Made by a program: the position numbers and the translations under genes. A model generated the notes under the pieces. The model was not told the DNA's origin. It made no database searches and saw only the letters and a program-made list of their open reading frames with translations. Below, piece by piece: positions 50,661-62,427 of a stretch of 64,000 nucleotides of DNA (the stretch's first letter is position 1; each line of letters starts with the position of its first letter). Origin of the DNA: Pseudovirgaria hyperparasitica (Eukaryota). The stretch lies in NCBI GenBank assembly GCA_010093815.1, contig ML996576.1; one strand, written 5' to 3'.

Positions 50661-52496
50661 ATGCTACCTCCACTAACCGAAGCCGTAGCCGGCCAAGTGC
50701 TGGTCAACAAACTCCTCCATGTCTCGCACAAACTCTCCATACCATCCCTTCTGATCGTGACAGTTCTCATTAGCACCGTCCTCATTCTCGCCATCAAGAA
50801 TGTCCAGTCATCTCCGTACCCCCTACTCAATGGCAAGAAAGGCTTCGAGCTCCTGAACACACGACCTAAGAAGGAATTCATGGCCCATGCGTGGGACATG
50901 ATCTCCAGACAAATCAAGGCCGCCCCAGACGAGATCTTCCGCGTCATCGGCGAGGTGGGCGAGATCATCGTGCTTCCGCCCAAGTATGCACATGAGCTGC
51001 GTAATCATCGCGATCTTAGCTTCTCTCAGGCTGCATATCGTGTGAGTATAGCTCGGACGTTGGGCGATCTCTAGGGAAATGAGAGACGTTGATGACACTG
51101 ATGATGAGCAGTGGTACTATGGTCATCTCCCCGGCTTCGAAGGCTTCAGAGAGGGCACCACGGAGAGCCAGGTCATGAAGCTCGTCGCTCGACACCAGCT
51201 CACGCACCAGCTTACACTAGTTACCAAGCCTGTCTCCGAGGAGGCGGCTGCCGCACTGCGAGATATCTACACAGACGACAAAAGTAATGGCAAATTACCC
51301 TAGCCCCTTAACTCCTTACACATTCAAGAGCTGAAACCATATACTAACCATTCATCAGACTGGCATGAAGTCGAGATCAAGCCAGCTAATCTACAGCTCA
51401 TGGCGCGCATCACATCACGCATCTTCCTGGGCGAGGAGATGTGTCGCAACCCAGACTGGCTCCGCATCACCGCCACATACACCGTGCAAGTCTTCCGCGC
51501 CGTCGAAGAACTACGCTACTTCCCCACCTGGCTACGTGATGTTGTGCACTGGTTCCTTCCCCAGTGTACCGCAGCGCGCAGAATGGTGCAGGAGGCGCGC
51601 AGTCTCATCGAGCCGTTGCTGGAGACGAGGCGTTCGAAGAAGACAGCCGCGGCGCTCAAAGGCGAGAAGTGTGAGTATAATGATGCGATTGATTGGTTTG
51701 AGGGTCTGGCGCGGGAAAAGCAGCTGCAGTATGATCCTGCTACTGCGCAACTTTCGCTGTCGGTGGCGTCACTGTATAGTATGTCCAGGACTCTGACATG
51801 CCTAAGCGTCGGTGCTGATGGTGGCATTCAGGTACGACGGACTGCTTTACACAGGCGCTCCTCGATATCGCCGCTCATTCAGAGTTGATCGAGCCACTAC
51901 GCGAGGAAATCGTGCAGGTGGTAGGGAAAGGCGGCTGGGTGAAACACTCGCTATACAACCTCAAACTGATGGACAGCGTCCTGAAAGAAAGCCAGCGTCT
52001 CAAGCCCATCGCCATGGGTAAGCCAGCTTGCAGCACACACTGCTCACACCACTGACAACGCACAACAGCAAGCATGCGACGATACACGACCAACGAAATC
52101 ACGCTCTCCGACGGCAACGTGCTGCCCAAGAACCGCTTCACCGTCGTCTCTGCAAACCAGCACTGGGACGCCGCATTCTACGAGAATCCCGAAGTCTTCG
52201 ACGGCTACCGCTTCCTTCGCCGACGGCAGGAAGGGGACAAGACAAAGGAGAACCTGTCTCAGCTGGTCAGCACAACGCCTGATCACATGGGCTTTGGCTA
52301 TGGCCTACATGCGTGTCCCGGCCGCGCGTTTGCCTCCGAGGAGATAAAGATTGTGCTTTGCCATGTGCTGATGAAATATGATATCAAGACTGTGCCTGGC
52401 TCGGACCTGACGCCGCGTCGGTTTGGGCTTAATATGACGGTTAATCCGACGGCCAAGGTTGCCATTCGGAGGAGAGATGATATTGCTATCATCTGA
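50661..52496 (+). CDS. P450-1: Cytochrome P450, GA14 synthase (GA P450-1, CYP68A-like); 5 exons
   Basis: HLPGFEGFREGT, MKLVARHQLTHQLTLVT, MARITSRIFLG, FRAVEELR, KESQRLKPIA and DHMGFGYGLHACPGR are near-identical to recalled F. fujikuroi P450-1. Confidence 0.9.
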
Positions 52497-53007
52497 GAGA
52501 TGGGCGTCGCAGGCGCCAGAATGGTAAAGTGATGTTTGATATGTGGACGCCTGAACCTTTTATGATTGAACGATAATATGGCTTTGATAGCCTCTCGATG
52601 TGGTCTTTGGGATCTCTACTTAATATATCTTCCATATCACACTCTCTGCGTTATTAGTCCTTGGATGAAGCTTGTATGACAGACAGCTCAAGTCAAGCAC
52701 CGAATTATCCGTAAAGACTATTACAATCCTTGTCGCAATATGATTGCTTTCTCAGATATATTTTCCTCCGTGACATCCTCTGCCTGTTTCCCACGCTTTT
52801 GCACTTTCCCAGCTCATGAGCTTCCTTGGAATGACTGATAGTATGGTCAAGTACAAATAAGAAAAAATGATCATTTCTTGCTTTAGTATTGTCATTTCCT
52901 CCACCCAAATAAAACAAAAAAAAAGACTACAGTAGCATCGCCTAGACCTTCACAGATTCGCATGATTTTATTGAACTCACAAAACCCGCAAGCCGGGCCT
53001 GACTACC

Positions 53008-54796
53008 TTAAAGCAGCCCATCAAGCTCAATGTCCACACCAGCCCTCTTCCGAACCATAATCTGCGTCCATGGACTAGCCTTATTCGTCATCCCCTTCGT
53101 ATCCGGAACAATCGTAGTATCCTCAGCAAGCTTCCACTCATACTTGGCAATGATATGACATAGCACTATCTTGATCGCATTAGCAGCGAATACCTTACCA
53201 GGACATTCGTGCCGTCCCAGGCCGAAACTCAGATGATCGGCGCTCGTGCTGACGAGTTGCGCGGTGGCTTCGCACCCGGGCTGTTGGCGCAGATTGTAGA
53301 ACCGCATGGCGTCATACTTTTCGGGCTCTGGGTATAGCTCCTCGTCCATCATGCGGATTGAATCAACGTTGAGACGACTGCCCTTTTTAATCAGGAGGCC
53401 GTTGGAGAGGGTGACGTCGTCGGTGGCGTAGCGGCGCAGGGTTACTATGAGGTCGTTGGTCAAATGAAGGTGCAGAAGGAGATCTTAGTCAGACTTACGA
53501 ATGCTGCTGGGCTTCCGACGCTGCGACTCTTTGATAGCGCTGTCAAGTCGTTTCATGTGGAACAACGAAGCCTTGTTCCACCCATGTGTGCGTAAGACGG
53601 TAATTAGCTCGTCTCGGATCGAGGGGATAAATTCAGGATGCTGTGCCAGATCAAGCATGGTCTGTTGAACCAGATCAAACGAATTGTGGATCGCCAGAAG
53701 GGATAGTGTGAGCTGGAAAACACCATCATCGCACTCTGAGCCCGTTGCTGCGCGTTGTTCACTTGCCCATTCCAGTGCGTCTTCGAATTTTGGGTCAGGC
53801 TGACCCTTAGCACGAGCTTCCTCCTTTGCTTTCTGACGAGCTTCAACGAGTGGGCGGATCACATGACGCGCTTTCCTCTGTTGTTCGCGGAGTCTACGAC
53901 AGCTGGGAAGAAACCAGTGGACGATGGGCCGAAGTACCCTGGGAAACAGACGTAGCTGTGATGATCCAGTGTAGAAGATCGCTGTATAGCTCTTGGTTAT
54001 CTCGAGCCATTCTTCGTTCCGACAAAGTTGGGATCCCAGGAAGATACGTGAGGACATACGAGCAATGATGTCAAACACCGCTGCCTTGAGGTTCGTCTCA
54101 TGCCATTCTGCACGGTCAGTACGATGTTGCCTCTGTTTATAAGGAGTCTCACCAGTTGAGGGTCCGAAGTTGATGTCCAGAGCATAAGCTGTCTCTTCAG
54201 AGACCGGCACAATTACGACACACAGATGTTGGGTTAACCACTTGCGTACCACCGATTGGACAAATTCGTCGTCCCTCCCAATGCAGTTAACAACCTCGAA
54301 GCCTGGGAGACTGGCATGATGGTCCTGCATGGTGTTAAGTCGTAGAAAATCTGCGCGAAATCTGAAAAGGAGACATACCTGCTTTAGAGCCTTCGTCAAG
54401 CTCAGGCGAGGATCATTCCGAATTTCGTCAGCAAAAGTCGACGGCAGTACGAGAATCTCCCCCCAATCAGTATACATGCGGAAGGGCTTGTATGGATACA
54501 GATTCCGTGCTTCTGCAACAATTTCTAGACTGGATCTCATGAACCTCCTCTATCGATTAAGGTAATAATAAGTCATCGATCGCTGGCATTGACTGGACAA
54601 AGCTACTCACCCTCGCCTTCTCAGTGGACACAAAGAACGGCTTTGCTGGGTTGACCAGTGAGACATCCTTAAGATGACTGTACTTTGACTTTGATATAAT
54701 GAAAGGGTAGCAGAACAAAGCAAGAGATAGTATTAGAAAGGTAGGGTCCACGAGGAGGAACATCATATTGTAGTATGCCTCCATTGCAAGACTCAT
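53008..54796 (-). CDS. P450-2: Cytochrome P450, GA C-20 oxidase (GA P450-2, CYP68B-like); 5 exons
   Basis: TDWGEILVLP, FADEIRNDPRLS, FQLTLSLLAIH, LDSAIKESQR, KKGSRLNVD, FGLGRHECPG and PDTKGM match recalled F. fujikuroi P450-2. Confidence 0.88.
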
Positions 54797-55725
54797 CTCA
54801 TTTGCTTTTCAGACGATGAGACACTCGATGGAACAGACACTTCGGAATCCCAGTGGCGTTAGCCAGCTTAGATCTGTAATTCTAAAGACCATTGTCCTCT
54901 CCTCAAAGCCCTAAAGGGGGAATCGTCTATGCCGAGAATTTCGTACCAAACTACAGACCTGTCTTCCTCGTGAACCGTTTTGATCAGCTCATCATTATTC
55001 CCACGTCATAGATAGCTATGAATCGGTGAGATCGTGATGCTTTCGATATACATCGATGGAGCGCGGCAGACCTCTTCGATCTGATCGTGTTCTTGCCACT
55101 TGGTTGGAGCCGTGTGAAGGAAGACGTCTCGTCTCGAGACCAGGAAGCGGCTAGTTGTCCTCCGGGAAAAGTCACCCTTGCCCTTGCAGAAACATCTTCT
55201 GTAGCAGCTCGTGCGAACATTGGAGCAAACACATCATACCACTCGGCCCAGAAGTCCACGCCATCAAGTTCCGAAGTCTAAAACTGACTAGAAACGGAAG
55301 GCAGCCCGGGGGAGCACCATCAATGCCGGCGCTAAGCCGTATCAGGACTAGCACCACATCGCAGCGATGATCGTGGTCTGCTTGGCATTTTGCTAGCCTG
55401 ATATAGTCTAGACCTGCTTTGGCTTACTACTTAGTCAGCCGCGCTTGTTTCATTACATGCATTCACGGAGCCCTCCGAATCCGTTTACAAAGAATAAAAA
55501 GTAGCTTTTAGCTACTAGATATAGGAGATTCAATAGATTAGAGTTAATAAAGTTAATCAGTTATTCTATCTAGTCTAGCTATACTCTAATTATATAAGTC
55601 TAATATTCAATAAGATCTGAGTAACAAGGATGACATAATAGAAATCCCATACGCTCTTCAGCGACACCATTTCGTGACTTCGTCGCATGTATGACATCTC
55701 CAGATCATGACGGAGAAATACCACG

Positions 55726-57288
55726 ATGGTTACAGTCATGCCAGATATCCGCGGCCTTGTACACAAGCTCTGCGAGCAACGCGGATTACCTTTGCTAGTC
55801 ACGGACCTCATAGCTGGATGCCTCGACTACCGCGATCTGCTCAAGATCAACATCCTTTCGCGAGCTTTGAATGTTCATGCAAATGAGATCATCTACAGAG
55901 ATATCGCCATTGATCTCTATGGCGCCGAACGGTCTGATGAAAGAGCCGCTTTGCTACTCCGCTCTCTACTCACGCGCGGAACAGCCGCCAATGCCGTCCG
56001 CACTCTGTCTCTGGCTGGCGACCCTTTGCTGCACTGGAGAAATACGCTTTCGCCGGTAGGAGGACATGAAAGCGTCGAAGCTCCGCTTCGCGGCAAGACG
56101 CCTCCTGATATACTTGCTAATCTGAGCGACTTCACGCAAGAAGAGATTGGGCTATACGACAACGTCGCCACATTCTCCTCCGCGAGTCGGACTCTACCTC
56201 AGGCGCAGGTGTCTATATGGACACTTTGCCTTCACATCCTTCGTCTCACGCCTTCTATCCAGGACTCGAACATCAGCTCTGACTATTTCAGGGTGCCGGA
56301 GGTCCGTGACACCCTGCAAAAGATGGCTAGAGAGGGCTTTTTCCAAAAGCTTCAGAGGTGCAATCTGTGCTTGGACCTGCTATACGGAGAGCGTCGCCAC
56401 GCCAGCGTCGTAGAAGATTGGGATAATGCGTTGCTATTTCCATTCATGGCGCCGGCCATCAAGAGTGTTGCAGCAGTGATGAGTCTGAGGCCGGACGCCG
56501 TCCGCCACCTACGACCAGGCGGATCCTCAGTCACACGACTGGTTTTGTATCACTACCAGATTGGCGACTCCGATATGATTGCCTTGCTCGCGGCCACGCC
56601 TGGTTTACAGTACCTTGAGTACCACGCCGTGACCGACTACGCATGGCTTACTTCGTCCCGGAGGCAGGCGATATCGGAACATGCTGTGGGCCTCGATCCT
56701 CTATACGACGGACTGTGCCACGTGGCTCATAGCTTGAAAGAGCTGCACACATCGCACGACATCCAAGAGGACAGCATCCATTTTCAGAGGGGCTATGCTG
56801 CCGGCCATGAACCCCCTTTCCGCCTACGAAAGGAGTTGTCGAGTCTTGCACAATTGCACACCTTGACTATACCCTATGCGACGCTACTCGGCTGGACCCG
56901 CAAAGACTATGATTGGGATTGGAATGAGATCCTACCTTCATCTCTCCGCCACATCATCTTGAATGACAACCTAAGTGACAATTGTCTCGTCGATGGTTGG
57001 AAGGATGAGAGCTTGATGCCGGTCATTACAAAGCTTCTAGAGTGGCTGTCGGCTTTGCACGGGGAGGACGAGACTGCAGAATTTGGGCTACATTTGTTCC
57101 AGCTTGATTCCGACTTCAACGAGCCAGTGCAGCAGGAGTTGTCTCGAACTTGTCAAGGGCTTGGTGTGCCGTGCTCGATTCAGAAGATCCATCCGGATCG
57201 CAACAGACCAGCACCCAGACCTCAGCTGGCAGGGGGTCGCGGGACAGGCAACGTAGGGAGAGGCCGCGGACGAGGACGCGGAGTGTAG
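55726..57288 (+). CDS. F-box/LRR-like protein with C-terminal RG/RGG tail
   Basis: Intronless 520-aa ORF with LPLLVTDLIAGCLDYRDLLKINILSRALNVHANEIIYRDI and LPSSLRHIIL; ends GGRGTGNVGRGRGRGRGV. Confidence 0.7.
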   Translation: MVTVMPDIRGLVHKLCEQRGLPLLVTDLIAGCLDYRDLLKINILSRALNVHANEIIYRDIAIDLYGAERSDERAALLLRSLLTRGTAANAVRTLSLAGDPLLHWRNTLSPVGGHESVEAPLRGKTPPDILANLSDFTQEEIGLYDNVATFSSASRTLPQAQVSIWTLCLHILRLTPSIQDSNISSDYFRVPEVRDTLQKMAREGFFQKLQRCNLCLDLLYGERRHASVVEDWDNALLFPFMAPAIKSVAAVMSLRPDAVRHLRPGGSSVTRLVLYHYQIGDSDMIALLAATPGLQYLEYHAVTDYAWLTSSRRQAISEHAVGLDPLYDGLCHVAHSLKELHTSHDIQEDSIHFQRGYAAGHEPPFRLRKELSSLAQLHTLTIPYATLLGWTRKDYDWDWNEILPSSLRHIILNDNLSDNCLVDGWKDESLMPVITKLLEWLSALHGEDETAEFGLHLFQLDSDFNEPVQQELSRTCQGLGVPCSIQKIHPDRNRPAPRPQLAGGRGTGNVGRGRGRGRGV

Positions 57289-58524
57289 GCCTACCAGTTA
57301 CAAGGCCGTTACTTCAAGAACACGACATTGGGAGAAAGAGGCTTTTCAGCACCTCGCACATACGGACGAGGGACTGCCAGTATACTGGCTTTGCGACTAT
57401 CTACTCGAGCACGATACGCTGGGCTTTGCGGCGCGGTCGTACGATTATCCACCATGTCAACTCTGACAACAGAATCGCTCCCAATATTGCGCTTGCCATA
57501 TGACCCACAAAGAGTCAAGCAATCTCTGAGTGCTCTATCTGCGCTGACGAAGACGACATAGAAACCAGTGTTGGCACACAAATATAGATTGCGGCAGAAG
57601 GACTCACGCATTAGCTCACTTGTTACTGTCGAGTTATCATCGTCTCTAACTATGTCGATAGAGAACTTGGCTGTATCGTTGAACGGCCGATCGAACGGGT
57701 GGCCGGAAAGCGGTCCGGCTGTAGGATCACCTTTGAAGTAGATCCGTGAGGTCTCTACGGTGCTTCTAGGCTCGTACGTCTCGAGTTCAATGACGCCTGG
57801 CACCGTGAATGGTTTGCAATGCCCGGATCAGAGCTGCTACAAAGTCACATGACAATCCTAGCACATTCTGGTTTGCCTGTTTGCCCGATTGTCTGAACCC
57901 AACACGAACTTGCGAGCTGATTGTGTCGTGTTTAGGCAGAGTACACAGTACAGAATCGGCCCCTTTGGCTACACTGGAGCCTATATTTAAGTCCACGGCC
58001 GGGTCGGCCGGGCTGATCTATGTATAGTCTTGGTAAGGGTGATCTGTAGTTTTGACTATGATTCTCAGTGTGCCTTAGCCTTGTGACACGAGGGCTTGTC
58101 CCGGCACGACTCAGTCCTACTTTGTAAGCAATTTACGAAGTAAAGAAGACCTGAGTGAACTCAAAGATACCGTCTCTTTACTCCTTCCAGATTCAAAACG
58201 ATGAGAAGACCTTTATTATTCCTAACCTGCTGCCAATAGCTCAGCTATACTATAGCCTTAGCAGCCAATTTGCTTACAAAGATTCCATTTCGTGTGAGTA
58301 AACACAAAAGTATCTGAAACACTTGGCACAAGTAGCATTAATCTGTCCAAATCATATTGCTATTTAACAGTCTCTGAATAGCATCAGGTAATCAACAGAT
58401 GCATTTCGACAACTCTATAAATTCTCCAACTCGATTTACCAACACGTTGCGTCGCAATGGCGTGAGTCATATAGCAATGACGTTTCGCGCCTGATCAGTA
58501 CACCTTTTGGAGAAGTGTTCGGTT

Positions 58525-59492
58525 CTATGTCCAGAAGCAATGCTCAAGGCCTTGTGATGGCTGGATCGAAGGCAATCCAGGCTTGTCACCTTGATTCCCG
58601 ACTCTTGTAATCTGCAGCTTGTCAATAAAGACCTGGCAGCCCCACCGACCGTATCTAGATTCACAAGGATTCAGGATGCCTGTGTTGGTCACATCGTTCT
58701 TGTTGAGGATGCCATAAGTCGAGATCTTCCCTTGGCCGACGATAGACCTGTCCGGGTTGTTGACGAGGTATTGCTGTGTCGCGATAGGCTCAGCACAACG
58801 CATATCATAGCGGTGTTCGCTCTGGTACGTCTGCTGACAACGGAAAATGGCCAGCTCGACTTCCTTGGCTACCTGCCAAAGATCAGCAACAGTACACCAA
58901 AAGCAGGTAAGCCTGAGGGCCATCTCGCACAGCATCTCGAGCGATGTCGAAGACGTGTGCACCTAATGACCCATCGAAGGGATATTCGATAAATTCTTAG
59001 CGCTGAGACACCATCAAACGATATCTCCGCAATTGTCGTTTCGATGCTGTTTAAGCTATTGCTAACAGGTGCCTTCCAAGGTTACGTACCCCTTCCTGGA
59101 TGTAGTTCTGCACCTCTCCTGGATGCACAAGGTATGGTCTTCCTATTAAGCCGGATGAGAAGTAGACATCGCTACCGACAGCTAAGGCAGCCATGGCAGA
59201 AGGTGTTTGTCCCTCGGGTAAGCCCTTGTTCCGAGCATCGTCTCGCATCTCTTCGTACGCTTGCCTAGCTAGCGAAGGCAGCGCATTGCGGACGGTGTTT
59301 GCATCTTCGGCGAAGCGCTTGGCCGAGGACCAATGGAAATATCCTGCGTCGGTCTCATCTACCACATATTCAGGGAAGTTTCACGGCATTTGAGGACATG
59401 TTGGACTCACCCTGCTTGATATCGAGTGTTGCAGATGCAAATCCCTGGATCAGGCAGAGGCAAAAGAGGAGGAAAATGCTTTTGAACTCCAT
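58525..59492 (-). CDS. Small secreted protein with deaminase-like Zn-binding motifs; at least 3 exons
   Basis: Signal peptide MEFKSIFLLFCLCLIQGFASA. Introns 59410-59359 and 59089-58873 join in frame. Contains PSAMAALAVGSDVYFSS, HRYDMRCAEP and NPCESRYGRWGC. The 3' end is uncertain. Confidence 0.6.
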
Positions 59493-60081
59493 TGAAGATT
59501 TGGATAGATTGAGAATCTTGCGAGATTTGAATATGATAATCTATACATTTTCAACGTTGTTTCAAATGGTTATAAAAGGATTAAGGATCTTAAAGACCGA
59601 AAATAGGTCAGTCGTACATCACACCAGCCTTGACTGTCAAATATGTTGTAAGTCTACTGCTATATGCTCGACGTGGTTACCTGAAGGAACTGACCGGGTT
59701 CTCCTACCAGGGCCTCGACTGTTGTAGATGTTGGAACAACTCCGCCCCTTTCTTGGCAGGGGCTGCAATGTCAACTCGACCGGTGCAGATACCTCATCGA
59801 CTGCTATGGCCCTCATCAGCTCAGGCCACCTCTGTTGCGCCGTACTATGATATAACGAGAAGCGAAAAGGCTGATGTGTGGGGGATACTTTTCTTAGGAC
59901 CAACCGAATCCTCAGGATTTCTGGCAAGGCGACCGGACGAGCCAATCGCGCGTAACACAATGTGCTTCTTCATCGACTGCTGCTCAGAGATGTTATATGA
60001 TGTGTAGAGGTATGCCATGACAGTTTTCCGCTTGCTCAATTTAGTTTCATCTGATTCTTCCTGTTACCATCAGGCTAGAAG

Positions 60082-62043
60082 ATGTCTCTTTCATTCTTTG
60101 CCCTCTGGGCATCTTTAGTAATTACATCCTACTGCTTGCCCTCAGATATCACTCCAGCAACTTCTCTTCTACGTCGAAACAACCCCGATCCAGCAGACCT
60201 CTCGTGGATCAAGAGTTGGGCATCTGCCGGCGACTCCTATTCGGCAGGCATCGGGTACGTGTTGACCTTCCGTCAATCAAGTATCGATACTCAACGATCA
60301 TGTATTGATGCTAAGTGATGGTGTCTAGAGCAGGGAAAAAGTACGGCGGATGGGGCGACTACTTCTGTTCGCGCTATGATCAGTCGTTCCCCGTGCTCAT
60401 CAACACCGACCCTCGCCTTGGCAGCTCCAAAGGTCGGAAATTCACGTATCGGCCATGCTCAGGAGCCACAATAGATGGCATCACAAGTCAAGTCAAAGGT
60501 CTGCCGGACGCATCGCAGGACCTCATCACGCTCAGCGGCGGCGGCAATGATGCGAACTTTAAGAACATGCTTAACGAATGCGTCTTCCAATGGCTTTCTA
60601 ACGCCGACCCACTCACCTCGTTTTGCCAACGTGAGCTCGATAAAGCGCAGGCGACCATCGACTCGGCGGACTTCCATTCGAAACTGGTAAGTGACTCATC
60701 TAACGACATTTATTGTTTTAGCAAACGATTTCTAAGGTGTATAAATACAGGACACCCTCATTGATAATGCTAAGAAAAAGCTCAGGTATGGCGGCCAGAT
60801 CATATACGTTGGATATGCACAGTTCTTTGGGCAAGACAGCAAGCAGTGCGATGACATTACTTGGGTAAGAAGACCATACAAACGACACAGGTATAGCCGA
60901 CTCATGCAACGTAGGCATTCTGGTACGAGATCGGCAAGCGCGAATACCTTACCCAGGACAAGAGAAGACGGATGAACAAATTAGTCACAAACATGAACAA
61001 GGTGTTGAGCGATGCCGTTGGTCGCGCTTCAGGAGATCTGGTAACATTTGTCGACTACAACAAGTACTTCGCGGAGGGTCGCGGCCGTTTCTGCGAAGAC
61101 GCGTACAAAGAGACCAATCCGAACCGCTACGGCTTGCTCTACTACGAGTGGAACACCGACGACAACGCAGACGAGACCGACGGATTTACAACGTCGGATG
61201 CTAGATCTCCAAGCACGTTCACGCCGAGCCTCGTCATGAACGGCACGTTCGAAGGCAGCATCAACGACTTCGTGCGGCAAAACATGGCAAAGCACCCTGA
61301 TTGGCATATAAACATGCCAGTCGCGCAAGGCGCCCCGCCCAGAATTGATACGATCCAGGCGACGGAGGAACAGCTCGCGATCGGCTACTCCGCCGGCGTC
61401 CTCCCAGACAGCTACGGTCGAGTCTTCCATCCGCGGCCAAACGGCCATCAACTCATCGCGAATCTCGTCTTATATCAGATCGAGGCAAACTCCGCGAAAA
61501 AGATCGCCAAGCATTGGCCGGCAGAAGAGATCACAAGGGATACGTGTCCGGCCGACAAGGGCAGCTTGAGCCCGACAACACTTCCTCCAGTCAACGTCGA
61601 CCTCGGTATTCTGACCTGTAACGTCCAACACGACGATGGCGACGAGATGTACTACTTCCCCCGTGAAGCGGGTCTTCAGGCGATTGCCAACTTCTGCTCG
61701 GCAACTCATAGTGCTGGCATGGTCCTTGGCTCTAACATGGCCGTAGAGGGTGTTGGGATCATTGTCGAAGCTACAGCCAACGATAAACTCGACGGCTGCC
61801 CCTCCACGGATGCATCAACGGATAGGTTCGAGCACATCTGTAATGAGCGGCTCATAAACGCACTCGATAACTGTAAGTTTGGTTGGACATTGGCGAATTA
61901 TGCTCTCGTAATTATGGAATGATCTGAACTGACAATGGAAACTAGGCGATACTAAGAAGCGCGGAAGCGATTCATGGAAGCAAGGTGGAACTTTCTATCG
62001 CGATTGCATTACCTGGTATTTCGGCCGTCGACCGCGGCAGTGA
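60082..62043 (+). CDS. Secreted SGNH/GDSL hydrolase (SEST-like) with C-terminal Cys-rich module; 5 exons
   Basis: Signal peptide; GDSYSAG, CSR, CSGA, TLSGGGND and VFHP motifs. Last exon CDTKKRGSDSWKQGGTFYRDCITWYFGRRPRQ-stop. Confidence 0.85.
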
Positions 62044-62427
62044 AGGTCGACCGGATTGGCGGCAGTTCACCTGTGAGGCCAGCAGGACCAGCAGCGCTCG
62101 TGTAATCAATCGTCAACGCACAACTTTGTTTCGAACAGCTCTGGCATTTGGTCCACGTCTTTGTGAATCCTTACAGCAGCTGACATACAGATGACGATGG
62201 AGTTTGATGTACGTGAGGCTACGAGACGGGCCATGATGTTTGAGAGGTGTGGCGCTCCAGACCAGTGAGACCCTTGATCATGGGTCCTATGTTGCTGCCC
62301 TTTGCTGATTGAAGAAGTTGTATTGAGTAGAAGTTGAGTCTGTAAAAGATAACTTAAGTATAGAACACTAAGTTCTAGTATTACTACAGCGAGAGTAGAT
62401 CTTTCTATACTTATCGTGGACGGTATG

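Noticed and set aside
57309..57803. 164-aa minus-strand ORF
   Set aside because: GTG start, no in-frame upstream ATG or clear exon found, and no recognisable domain.
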